NCBI GenBank assembly: GCA_038087875.1
Contig: CM075992.1
Location: 374,001-438,000 of the forward strand
Source of the DNA: Malacoraja senta
Lineage: Eukaryota
Reading direction: 5' to 3'
Length of the DNA stretch: 64,000 nucleotides
This document shows positions 13,228-23,955 of the stretch, piece by piece. The position numbers were made by a program, and so were the translations under genes. The stretch's first letter is position 1, and every line of letters starts with the position of its first letter. The notes under the pieces are model-generated. The model saw only the letters and a program-made list of their open reading frames with translations, made no database searches and had not been told where the DNA came from.

Positions 13228-14480
13228 CTAGAGTAAGTGGGTCCCGTTGGGTCCCAGCTGCACACGGAAGGGCTGGTCCCCCAACACAATATTCCACCTC
13301 TCCATCAATTCCAAGATTGGAGGCCAGTGTGTGGGGAGGGGGGCTTTCTGGAGTGCTAGCATGGGTGTAGTGGGCCCAAGGGACTGGTTTCCAGAGGGCT
13401 AGTATGGACATTGTGGGCCGAATGGATTCTTGGGCTGGCAGCTCACTCAGGCCTGGCAGGCTTGCAACTCAGAAACTGCCAGAAATTCTGCTGAAAACAG
13501 GTGAGAGATTGTGAGAGAGAGGGGGAGAGGCCGGACAATCAATTTTAGACATTTTCATATTTTTTACAGTTTCAAAAGGCACGGTTGCAAAAGGCAGACA
13601 GTTGCAAAAGGCAGACAGTTGCAAAAGGCAGACAGTTGCAAAATGCAGAGTTGCAAAAGGCAGACAGTTGCAAAAGTCACAATTACAAAAGGCAGGCAGT
13701 TGCAAAGGGCACAGTTGCAAAACGCAGACAGTTGCAAAAGGCAGACAGTTGCAAAAGGCAGACAGTTGCAAAAGGCAGACAGTTGCAAAAGGCAGACAGT
13801 TGCAAAAGGCAGACAGTTGCAAAAGGCAGACAGTTGCAAAAGGCAGACAGTTGCAAAAGGCAGACAGTTGCAAAAGGCAGACAGTTGCAAAAGGCAGACA
13901 GTTGCAAAAGGCAGACAGTTGCAAAAGGCAGACAGTTGCAAAAGGCAGACAGTTGCAAAAGGCAGACAGTTGCAAAAGGCAGACAGTTGCAAAAGGCAGA
14001 CAGTTGCAAAGGCAGACAGTTGCAAAAGGCAGACAGTTGCAAAAGGCAGACAGTTGCAAAAGGCAGACAGTTGCAAAAGGCAGACAGTTGCAAAAGGCAG
14101 ACAGTTGCAAAAGGCAGACAGTTGCAAAAGGCAGACAGTTGCAAAAGGCAGACAGTTGCAAAAGGCAGACAGTTGCAAAAGGCAGACAGTTGCAAAAGGC
14201 AGACAGTTGCAAAAGGCAGACAGTTGCAAAAGGCAGACAGTTGCAAAAGGCAGACAGTTGCAAAAGGCAGACAGTTGCAAAAGGCAGACAGTTGCAAAAG
14301 GCAGACAGTTGCAAAAGGCAGACAGTTGCAAAAGGCAGACAGTTGCAAAGGCAGTTAAAACACATAAAGGGCACTCACCAGGTCAGTTTCCAGCCCAGAC
14401 TGAGAGTCGTGTCCCTCTCGCTCGCCATCTTGCAGCAGCTGAGGCACGTCCACACTCCGGGTTTTATAGCTTCTCCCCTT
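13228..14480 (-). mobile_element. Non-autonomous Helitron-like element carrying the 17-bp minisatellite
   Basis: Minus strand ends GGGACCCAACGGGACCC (imperfect hairpin)-ACTTACT-CTAG followed by T, the Helitron 3' signature; 5' end not identifiable. Confidence 0.6.
13574..14350 (+). repeat. 17-bp minisatellite (AAAAGGCAGACAGTTGC)n, about 45 units
   Basis: Near-perfect head-to-tail units with no spacers. Confidence 0.98.
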
Positions 14481-15152
14481 CCAAAGTACCTGTTCAACTC
14501 ATCTGCCATTTCCTTGTTCCCCATAATAAATTCACCCTCAAGGGTCCAACTTTAGTCTTAACTATTTTTTTCCTCTTCACATACCTGAAGAAGCTTTTCC
14601 TATCCTCCTTTATATTCTTGGCTAGCTTACCTTCGTACCTCATCTTTTCTCCCCGTATTGCCTTTTTAGTTATCTTCTGTTGCTCTTTAAACGTTACCCA
14701 ATCCTCCGGCTTCCTGCTCATCTTTGCTCTGTTATACTTCTCTTTTATTTTTATACTGTCCCTGACTTCCCTTGTCAGCCACGGTCGCCCCTTACTCCCT
14801 TTGAAATCTTTCTTCCTATTTGGAATGAACTGCTGCTGCACCTTCTGTATTATTCCACTGTCATCCCTGCCAGGGTATCTTTCCAGTCAACTTTGGCCAG
14901 CTCCTCCCTCATGGCTCCATAGTCCCATTTGTTCAACTGTAATACTGACACCTCCGATTTACCCTTTTCCCTCTCCAATTGTAGATTAAACTTGACCATA
15001 TTATGGTCACTACCTCCTTATGGCTCCTTTACCTTGAGTTCCCTTGTCAAATCGGGTTCATTACACAACACTAAATCCAGAATTGCCTTCTCCCTGGTAG
15101 GCTCCAGTACAAGCTGCTCTAAGAATCCATCACGGAGGCACTCCACAAACTC
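14480..15152 (-). mobile_element. CR1 ORF2 fragment (unit 2)
   Basis: RPWLTREVRDSIKIKEK, NIKEDRKSFFRYVK. Confidence 0.88.
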
Positions 15153-16024
15153 CCAACTTGAACACTGCCCAACACAAACCACATCTATGAACTGTGAAGA
15201 ACTATGGACTGAGTGTTTGGTTGCATTACAGACAGTTTACAGTAGTATCGTGAGTATAAATTTACTGGAATGTAAATTAATGCCTTTTTGTGTTGTTGCA
15301 ATTACAGGCTTGTTAATCTACAGCAAGAAAAACATCCCCTCCCCCACACACACACCCACCCCCCTCTCCCCCTCCCACATTCTCCCTCCCCCGCACCCTG
15401 TCCACTACACACCGCCCCTCCTACACAAACCCCTTCCCCCATGTACACACCCCCCCCCACACACACACCCCTCCCCCAAACACAGCCTATCCCCCGCCCT
15501 ACAGCCCCCTCCCCCCACAACCCCCCCCCCCCTCCCCATTCACACACCCCCCACTCCGGCTCAACAATGCTCGCTGCACCCCTACCCTCCCTCACACACA
15601 CACACACACACACCCGCCAACACAACACAAGAATCCTGCATTTACAAACTGAGACTTGAATAAAGGCACCAAACCTGCCCTCTCTGTCTACTATCTCAAT
15701 CTACTACTGTTATACACGTACCGTATCCGAGATGCTTATTTAAGATTTGTCATAGTGATTATGTATGGTGATACATGTATTAAACTGTATACAGAAATGA
15801 ATTTCACTTTAGCTCTGTAAATATGACTAATAAAGAACCATTGGACATTTATAAGCACAGTTCTTACCTTGGTCTTGGCTTTCAGCGTTGCTAGAATGAA
15901 GAGGTTCCTGTCGCTTCTAGTGTGAAGATAAGCACCTTCTGTGTCAGTCGTGAAGAAAAAAGGACAGATAGGAAGATGCCGAACAGCATGGGAGCTGGGA
16001 CACAACCTTGCTTCAATAGACAAT

Positions 16025-17100
16025 AGGTGCAGGAGTAGGCCATTCAGCCTTCGAGCCAGCACCGCCATTCAATGTGATCATGGCTGATCATCCACAATCA
16101 GTATCCTATCCCCTTGACTCCGCTATCTTTAAGAGCCCTATCTAGCTCTCTCTTGAAAGTATCCAGAGAACCGGCCTCCACCGCCCTCTGAGGTAGAGAA
16201 TTCCAGACTCACAACTCTCTGTGTGAAAAAGTGTTTCCTCGTCTCTGTTCTAAATGGCTTACCCCTCATTCTTAAACTTGTTCTGGACTCTCCCAACATC
16301 GGGAACCTGTTTCCTGCCTCTAATGTGTCCAACCCCTTAATAATCTTATATGTTTCAATAAGATCCCCTCTCATCTTTCTATATTCCAGAGTAAACAAGC
16401 CCAGACGCTCCATTCTCTCAGCATATGACAGTCCCGCCATCCCAGGATTAACCTTGTGAACCTACGCTGCACTCCCTCAATAGCAAGAATGTCCTTCCTC
16501 AAATTTGGAGAGCAAAACTGCACACCTTTTCCCCTAGGTGTGGTCTCACTAGGGCCCTGTACAACTGCAGAAGGACCTCTTTGCTCCTTTACACAACTCC
16601 TCTTGTTATGAAGGCCAACATGCCATTCACTTTCTTCACTGCCTGCTGTACCTGCATGCTTACTTTCATTGACTGATGAACAAGGACCCCTAAGTCCCGT
16701 TGTACTTCCCTTTCTCCCAACTTGACGCCATTTAGATAATAATCTCCCTTCCTGTTTTTGCTACCAGAACCTCACATTTATCTACATTAAACTGCATCTG
16801 CCCACTCGCCCAACCTGTCCAAGCCACCCTGCATTCTCATAGCATCCTCCTCAAAGTTCACACTGCCACCCAGCTTTGGGTCATCTGCAAATTTGCTAAT
16901 GTTACTTGTAATCCCTTCACCTAAGTTATTAATAGATATTGTAAATAGTGCGGTCCCAGCACCAAGCATTGCGGTACCCCACTAGTCACTGCCTGCCATT
17001 CTGAAAGGGACCCTTTAATCCCTACTCTTTGTTTCCTGTCTGCCAACCAATTTTCCATCCATGTCAGCACTCTACCCCCAATACCATGTGCCCCAATTTT
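16025..17100 (-). mobile_element. CR1 RT and 3' end (unit 3)
   Basis: KFADDPKLGG, GLSYAERMERLGL. Confidence 0.9.
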
Positions 17101-17599
17101 GTGCCCTGTCACACGCTGACGTATGATGTCCTGCGGGTGATGCCCGGTTAAGGTTTGGGCTAGGGTTAAGGACCATAGATGGGTTGTAAAATATTCTTCC
17201 TTCAATGCATGGATTTTAAACATTAATATATTAAAATTAATACAATAAAATCAATTGTGCAAATTAAAATATGTCTGAGTCGTTCAGTTTTAATTACAGA
17301 TGTATTGGTCTGCTTCTAGATCCAATCACTGTCTCTAACTTTTCACAGGGAAAGCCCGCTTCCTCTGGGGGTTTGGAGAGACCATTGGAAGAGAGATCTG
17401 CCCTCTGGGACAACTCGTGGCCAAGTTTAGTTCCCATGAGGAGTAGGCAGAAACATTGGGGGTTCAAGTTTGGGGCCACTGTGTCACATTCAGAGATACA
17501 TTGCCCTTCGGCCCACTGAGTCATCACCAACCAGCGATCCCGTGCACACTCTCCCACACACGCTCGGGACAACTTATACTTACACCAAGCCTATCAACC

Positions 17600-17805
17600 T
17601 AGAGTTAGAGTTAGGGTTTGTGTTAGTGTTAAGGTTAGTGTTAGGGTTTGTGTTAGGGTTTGTGTTAGGGTTTGTGTTAGGGTTTGTGTTAGGGTTTGTG
17701 TTAGGGTTTGTGTTAGGGTTTGTGTTAGGGTTTGTGTTAGGGTTTGTGTTAGGGTTTGTGTTAGGGTTTGTGTTAGGGTTTGTGTTAGTGTTAGTGTTAG
17801 GATTT
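17600..17805 (+). repeat. Telomere-like 12-bp array (TTAGGGTTTGTG)n
   Basis: About 12 perfect units; shorter degenerate TTAGGG/TTAGTG arrays at ~7535, ~12770, ~34060, ~39140 and ~43505. Confidence 0.9.
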
Positions 17806-18467
17806 GTATAAATTGTCCCTAGCGTGTGGGATAGTGTGCGGGTATTCGCTGGTCACAGGCTGGGTCCACAAATGGGGGGCATCGGGGAAAGTGGGGGGGG
17901 GTGTTGGAGAATGGGAGAAGGGAGGGAGAGGGGGAGAAGGGGATGTGAGGGGAAGGGTTGGGAGTGGAGAAGGGGGAGAAGAGTGGAGCGGGGAGAAGGG
18001 AGGAAGAGGGGGGAAGGGAAGAAGGGGGCAGAGGGGAGGGGAGAAGGGTAGGGGGTAGTGGAGAAGGAGGGATGGGCCAGGAGGGGGAAGAGGGGGGTGG
18101 AGGGGAGAGGGGAGTTCAGTCTACACTGACTGAATCCATCCCTGTGAAAGTTAGAGACGGTGATTGGATCTGGAAGTAGACCAATACATCTATAAATAAA
18201 ACTGAACTACTCAGACAGCTTTTCATTTGCACAATTGATTTTATTGTTTTAATTTTAATATATTAATGTTTAAAATCCATGCATTGAAGGAAGAATATTT
18301 TACAGCCGATCTGTGGACCCTAACCCTAACCCTGATCCTAACCCTAACCGGGCGTCACCCGCAGGACAGCATACGTCAGCGTGTATGTCGTACAACTTGA
18401 CGGTTTTACGGGCGTCAGTCACTGACGCTCGAAGTCGCCAAAGAAATTGCAAAGTGGGACAGGCCCT

Positions 18468-19582
18468 GTACTGCTATCCAAATATCCCGCTATTTCATCT
18501 TTTATAATTGACTCCAGCATCTTCCCCACCACCGATGTTAGGCTAACTGGTCTATAATTCCATTTTCTTTCTCCTGTCTTTCTTAAAAAGTGGGATAACA
18601 TTAGCTACCTTCCAATCCACAGGAACTGATCCTGAATCTATAGAACATTGGAAAATTATCACCAATGCGTCCACAATTTCTAGAGCCACTTCCTTAAGGA
18701 CCCGGGGATGCAGACCATCAGGCCCTAGGGATTTATCAGCCTTCAGTCCCATCAGTTTATCCAACACCATTTCCTGCTTAATGTGGATTTCCTTCAGTTC
18801 CTCCGTCACACCAGATCCTCTGGCCACTAGTACATCAGGAAGATTGTTTGTGTCTTCCTCAGTGAAGACAGATCCAAAGTACCTGTTCAACTCATCTGCC
18901 ATTTCCTTGTTCCCCATAATAAATTCACCCTTTTCAGTCTTCAAGGGTCCAACTTTGGTTTTAACTATTTTTTTCCTCTTCACATTCCTGAAGAAGCTTT
19001 TACTATCCTCCTTTATATTCTTGGCTAGCTTACCTTCGTACCTCATCTTTTCTCCCCGTATTGCTTTTTTAGTTATCTTCTGTTGTTCTTTAAACGTTAC
19101 CCAATCCTCCGGCTTCCTGCTCATCTTTGCTATGTTATACTTATCTTTTATTTTTATACTGTCCCTGACTTCCCTTGTCAGCCACGGTCGCCCCTTACTC
19201 CCTTTGGAATCTTTCTTCCTATTTGGAATGAACTGCTCCTGCACCTTCTGTATTATTCCCAGAAATACCTGCACTTGTTGTTCCACTGTCATCCCTGCCA
19301 GGGTATCTTTCCAGTCAACTTTGGCCAGCTCCTCCCTCATGGCTCCATAGTCCCCTTTGTTCAACTGTAATACTGACACCTCCGATTTACCCTTCTCCCT
19401 CTCCAATTGTAGATTCAACTTGACCATATTATGGTCACTACCTCCTAATGGCTCCTTTACCTTGAGTTCCCTTGTCAAATCGGGTTCATTACACAACACT
19501 AAATCCAGAATTGCCTTCTCCCTGGTAGGCTCCAGTACAAGCTGCTCTAAGAATCCACCACGGAGGCACTCCACAAACTCCC
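18468..19582 (-). mobile_element. CR1 ORF2 fragment (unit 3), long open frame
   Basis: Most of the 404-aa ORF 18552-19766: LEPTREKAILDLVL, GSDHN, GPDGLHPRVLKE. Confidence 0.92.
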
Positions 19583-20429
19583 AACTTGAACACTGCCCAA
19601 CACAAACCACATCTATGAACTGTGAAGAACTATGGACTGAGTCTTTGGTTGCATTACAGACATGTTTACAGTAGTATCGTGAGTATAAATTTACTGGAAT
19701 GTAAATTAATGCATGTTTGTGTTTTGCAACGCCAGCATCTGCAGTTCTTTCTCGGTGTGGAAGCACATCTCGGTCGAGGTTTCCCGCGCCATGATCTTCA
19801 AGGCTGGTCTGCAGAGCGGTCCAGGGGCGCAGGATCTACTCGGAGCCAACCTGACCTGCAGATGTTTGAGCGCAGCTGGACTTGCGGGAATTAGCGCCGT
19901 TGAGTTTGTGTAACCGCGAACACCATCAATGCAGCAGAATGACACAAGAAAGAGACTCCCCGCCCTCACCCCCCTTCATACTCACCCCTGGTCCATCGGT
20001 CAGTGGCTGTTTGGACAGGGCGGGTGGGAAGGAGGGAGTGACCCATGAGAGGATATTTTATTAAATGGGGGGAGAGGGGCGATGTCTTTGGTCTTGAACC
20101 TTCGCCGTGTCCAGGAACGCAGACCCGGTCCGGCTGGTGAAGCCTCGCTGACCAGTGGGATGACCAGCGCGATGGATTGTGTCTTGAAGGATCCCTGGCG
20201 CCGCTGTCCACTCGCGGTGGGAGCGCGCGTCCAGGTTCTTCTCCGGACACTGTGTTAAAGAAGGAACTGCAGATGCTGGAAAATCGAAGGTACACAAAAA
20301 TGCTGGAGAAACTCAGCGGGTGCAGCAGCATCTATGGAGCGAAGGAAATAGGCAACGTTTCGGGCCGAAACCCGCTGCTGCACCCGCTGAATTTCTCCAG
20401 CATTTCGGTGTACCTTCTCCGGACACTGG

Positions 20430-20600
20430 TGGACACTGCGGACGCTGCCCGAACAGCGCCGCCTTTTATAGCCACCGCCATGTCCCGCCCCCCTCGCTGA
20501 CCATTGGACCTCACTCCGGCCACAGCGATAGGCCATGGGGTGGACAGTCCATCCGATTGGCGGAGACCGCTGTCCGTCAGCCCCAAACTTCAGCGCGCCA
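20430..20600 (-). promoter_or_regulatory. Candidate Pol II promoter facing left (TATA, GC box, two CCAAT boxes)
   Basis: Minus strand reads CCAAT (~20555), CCAAT (~20503), GC box (~20485) and GCTATAAAAGG (~20462-20472) within CpG-rich unique DNA. Confidence 0.55.
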
Positions 20601-20689
20601 AGGACAGCTCGTGCGAAGCGATTGTCCGCTCGCTTCGGCCTCCAGCCCGCGTGACCCCCCCCCCACCCTTCCCATATTGGCGCCAAGCC

Positions 20690-21035
20690 GGACACTGAGG
20701 GAAATGACGGAAACTGAGGGAGATGAGGGACACTTGAGGGAGATTTTGAGGGACCATTGGTCACTGAGGGAATGAAGGACACTGAGGGCCAGTTGGTCAC
20801 TGAGGGACTGCCAGACTGAGGGTCACTGAGGGAGCACCGGACACTGACTGATGTTGAGGGGATGAGGGACATTGAGGACATTGAGGGGATGAGGGACATT
20901 GAGGGGATGAGGGACATTGAGGACAATGAGGGACATTGAGGGGATGAGGGACATTGAGGGGATGAGGGACATTGAGGGGATGAGGGACATTGAGGACATT
21001 GAGGGACATTGAGGGGATGAGGGACATTGAGGGGC
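20690..21035. repeat. Minisatellite, 9/18-bp (GAGGGACATTGAGGGGAT)n with degenerate left part
   Basis: Visible tandem periodicity; produces spurious SSPQCP ORFs. Confidence 0.9.
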
Positions 21036-21508
21036 CAAGTCCTGAGTGTGACCCCTCGCACAAGGGAATGTCCACTCCCCCAGGGGCAACATGAGTTCAG
21101 GGGAAAAGGGAGATGTTGGTACTACTGCGTATAACACGAGCAATATTGGTTTATCCCCAAAGAACCGCAGGTGCCGGTTTACAAAACAAGACACAAAGTA
21201 CTGGAGTAACACAACCGGTCAATCTACAAAAAAAAACTACTGAGTTACTCCAGCGTTTTGTGTCAACGTGAGTTTAGTTCATTATTCTCACATGTATAGA
21301 AGTACATTTAAGAATTATGTGTCCTGGTTCAACCGCATTGATGTGACGGCCAAGATGGCATCCCAACGCCTCTACTCCCTCAGGAGACGGGAAATTCAGC
21401 GTCGCCAGCGACTCTAACAAACCTCGACAGATATTCCACAGGAAGCAGGCTCTTGGGTTACATCAAAGTAACAGCCCTGCCCAAGACCACAAGAAATTGT
21501 AGAGTGTT

Positions 21509-21720
21509 GCAGATGTAGCCCAGTCCATCACACTCCCCACCATTGTAGATGTGGCCCAGTCCATCACACTCCCCACCATTGTAGATGTAGCCCAGACCAT
21601 CACACAGACCACACTCCCTACCATTGTAGATGCAGCCCAGTCCATCACACAGACCACACTCCCCACCATTGTAGATGTAGCCCAGTCCATCACACAGACC
21701 ACACTCCCCTCCATCTACAC
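21509..21720. repeat. 35-45-bp tandem repeat (TGTAGATGTAGCCCAGTCCATCACACAGACCACACTCCCCACCAT) in a LINE 3' fragment
   Basis: Five units visible. Confidence 0.85.
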
Positions 21721-21979
21721 TTAAACGCTGCCTCAGGAAAGCAGCCAACGTAATCACAGACTGTCCTAGAATGGTCATTCCTTCATCTCCCTGCTGCTGT
21801 GAGGCGAAAGGTACAGAAAGCTGCACCACCAGACGGAGCAACAACTACTTCTCACTCTGTTCCTTCCCTTTGCTCTCCCTATTCTACGTGAGTTTGACGT
21901 GATTGTACTGATGTTTACTATTATCTGATCTGATTGGATCCTCAGCCACACCTAGATCAGAATACTTTAGAGTTTACTT

Positions 21980-22280
21980 TAGAGATACAGCATTGAAACA
22001 GGCCCCTCAGCCCACCGACTCCACGCCGACCAGCGACCAACCCGTGCACTAACACTACACTACACACTAAGGCCAATTTTACAATTTTACCAAAGCCAAT
22101 TAACCTACAAACATGTACATCTTTGGAATGTGGGAGGAAACCGGAGCATCCGGAGAAAATCCACGCGGGTCACAGGGAGAACGTGCAAACTCCTTACAGA
22201 CAGCACCTGTAGTCAGGATCGAACCCGGGCCTCTGGTGCTGTAAGGCAGCAACTCTACTGCTGCACCACTGTGCCACCGT
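21980..22280 (-). mobile_element. tRNA-derived V-SINE (HE1-like)
   Basis: Minus strand has A/B boxes (GGTTCGATCC) and the V-domain GAGTTTGCACGTTCTCCC. Confidence 0.85.
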
Positions 22281-22617
22281 AAGAATAAATGAATAATATC
22301 TAAAAGATGGGTTGTGAAGGAACTGCAGAATGAGGAAAATAACTGCAAATAATGAGGAGGAGGAGGATTATCACATAAAAAGAAAGATTGGCAGAAATGC
22401 CAATCGTTATGTAACAGAGAGTATATTTTTTATAAAGGCAAAGATATTCTCATTGTAGATATCACTTAAAGGGCAACATTATTTATTTAGATTTCATTCT
22501 GTCACATTCTTTGGTTAAAATTGTCCCTGGGAAGTAACGTGACTACTACAATCTTTATTGGTGAGGAATGAAATTCAGCCCCTTGCGAGGGGTGACACAG
22601 AATCAGGAGATGCAGAG

Positions 22618-23575
22618 ATATACATTAATGATTTAGATGACGGGATTAAAACTAACATTAGCAAATTTGCAGATGACACAAAGCTGGGTGGCAGTGTGAA
22701 CTGTGAGGCGGATGCTATGAGAATGCAGGGTGACTTGGACAGGTTGAGTGAGTGGGCAGATGCATTGCAGATGCAGTTTAAATGTGGATAAATGTGAGGT
22801 TATCCACATTGGTGGCAAAAACAGGAAGGCAGATTATTATTTGAATGGTGTCAAGTTGGGAAAAGGGGAAGTACAACTAGATCTTGTTCATCAGTCACTG
22901 AAAGTAAGCATGCAGTGAAGAAAGCGAATGGCATGTTGGCCTTCATAAAAAGAGGAGTTGAGTATGGGAGCAAAAAGGTCCTCCTGCAGTTGTACAGGGC
23001 CCTAGTGACATCACACCTGGAGTATTGTGTGCGGTTTTGGTCTCCAATTTGACGAAGGACATTCTTGCTATTGAGGGAGTGCAGCGTAGGTTCACCAGGT
23101 TAATTCCCGGGATGGCGGAACTGTCCTATGCTGAGAGAATGGAGCGGCTGGGCTTGTACACTCTGGAGTTTAGAAAGATGAGAGGGGATCTTATTGAAAC
23201 ATATAAGATTATTAAGGGTTTGGACACGCTAGAGGCAGGAAACATGTGCCCAATGTTGGGGGAGGCCAGAACCAGGGGCCACAGTTTAAGAATAAGGGGG
23301 CAGCCATTTAGAACGTAGATGAGGAAAAACATTTTTACACAGAGGGTTGTGAATCTGTGGAATGTTCTGCCTCAGAAGGCAGTGGTGGCCAATTCACTGG
23401 ATGTTTTCAAGAGAGAGTTACATTTAGCTCTTAGGGCTAACGGAATCAAGGGATATGGGGAAAAAGCCGGAACGGGGTACTGATTTTAGATGATCAGCCA
23501 TGATCACATTGAATGGCTGTCCAGGCTCGAAGGGCCGAATGGCCTACACTTGCACCTATTTTCTATGTTTCTATG
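22618..23575 (+). mobile_element. 5'-truncated CR1 LINE with (CTATGTTT) tail
   Basis: YINDLDDGIKTNISKFADDTKLGG through the 3' UTR. Confidence 0.92.
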
Positions 23576-23759
23576 TAGGTTAATTGGCTTTGGTATAATT
23601 GTAAATTGTCCCTAGTGTGTGTAGGATAGTGTTGGTGTACGGGCGATTTGGACTTGGTGGGTCCATGCCGTATCTCTACAACTAAACTGAACTACTTTCT
23701 ACAGCCCCTTCCAGTATTTAACCAACTTCCATCCCCATTCTCCAAACCCACACACATCT

Positions 23760-23913
23760 CCACTCCACCCCCCGACCGGGACTTGCTCGTGTTTAGTTGC
23801 TGTCGGCGGACATTAATGACGGGGGCCGTCGCCTTTAAGGGGCGGGCGGGCGGGGTTACCTGCGCCAGGTGATGCGCCTCACCTGTGCGGGGAAGGCGGA
23901 AGTGCTGCTGGAC
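23760..23913 (+). promoter_or_regulatory. ap1m2 proximal promoter/5' UTR (CpG-rich, GC boxes, E2/Z boxes)
   Basis: Overlapping GGGCGG boxes at ~23839-23855; TACCTG 23857, CAGGTG 23866, CACCTG 23880 just upstream of the ATG. Confidence 0.7.
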
Positions 23914-23955
23914 ATGTCAGCCTCGGCCGTCTTCATCCTTGACCTGAAGGGCAAG
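23914..23955 (+). CDS. ap1m2: ap1m2 exon 1 (MSASAVFILDLKGK)
   Basis: ATG at 23914, 42 nt, followed by GTAAGT donor. Confidence 0.95.

Larger units (their letters stand above)
4490..19710. repeat. Three tandem copies of a ~4.5-5.3 kb composite unit (starts ~4490, ~9840, ~15180)
   Basis: The block ccacatctatgaactgtgaagaactatggac recurs at ~4491, ~9838, ~15179 and ~19607; the first three are followed by the same C-rich tract, CR1, TIR element and SINE pieces. Confidence 0.9.
1..19720. repeat. Left arm of large inverted segmental duplication
   Basis: Reverse-complement matches to 33667-51660, e.g. 90-310 vs 50930-51145, 1340-2200 vs 49830-50790, 13200-18205 vs 33667-38570. Confidence 0.85.

Noticed and set aside
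13574..14350. CRISPR array or repeat-protein gene (long ORFs in all six frames)
   Set aside because: Units are contiguous with no unique spacers, the context is eukaryotic, and the ORFs arise only because the 17-mer lacks stop codons
17600..17805. True telomere or chromosome fusion scar
   Set aside because: Short variant arrays embedded at the same position of a duplicated unit; no head-to-head pure TTAGGG tracts
20255..21212. 268-aa ORF with SSPQCP repeats
   Set aside because: Made of an 18-bp minisatellite, promoter-like DNA and a repeat insertion
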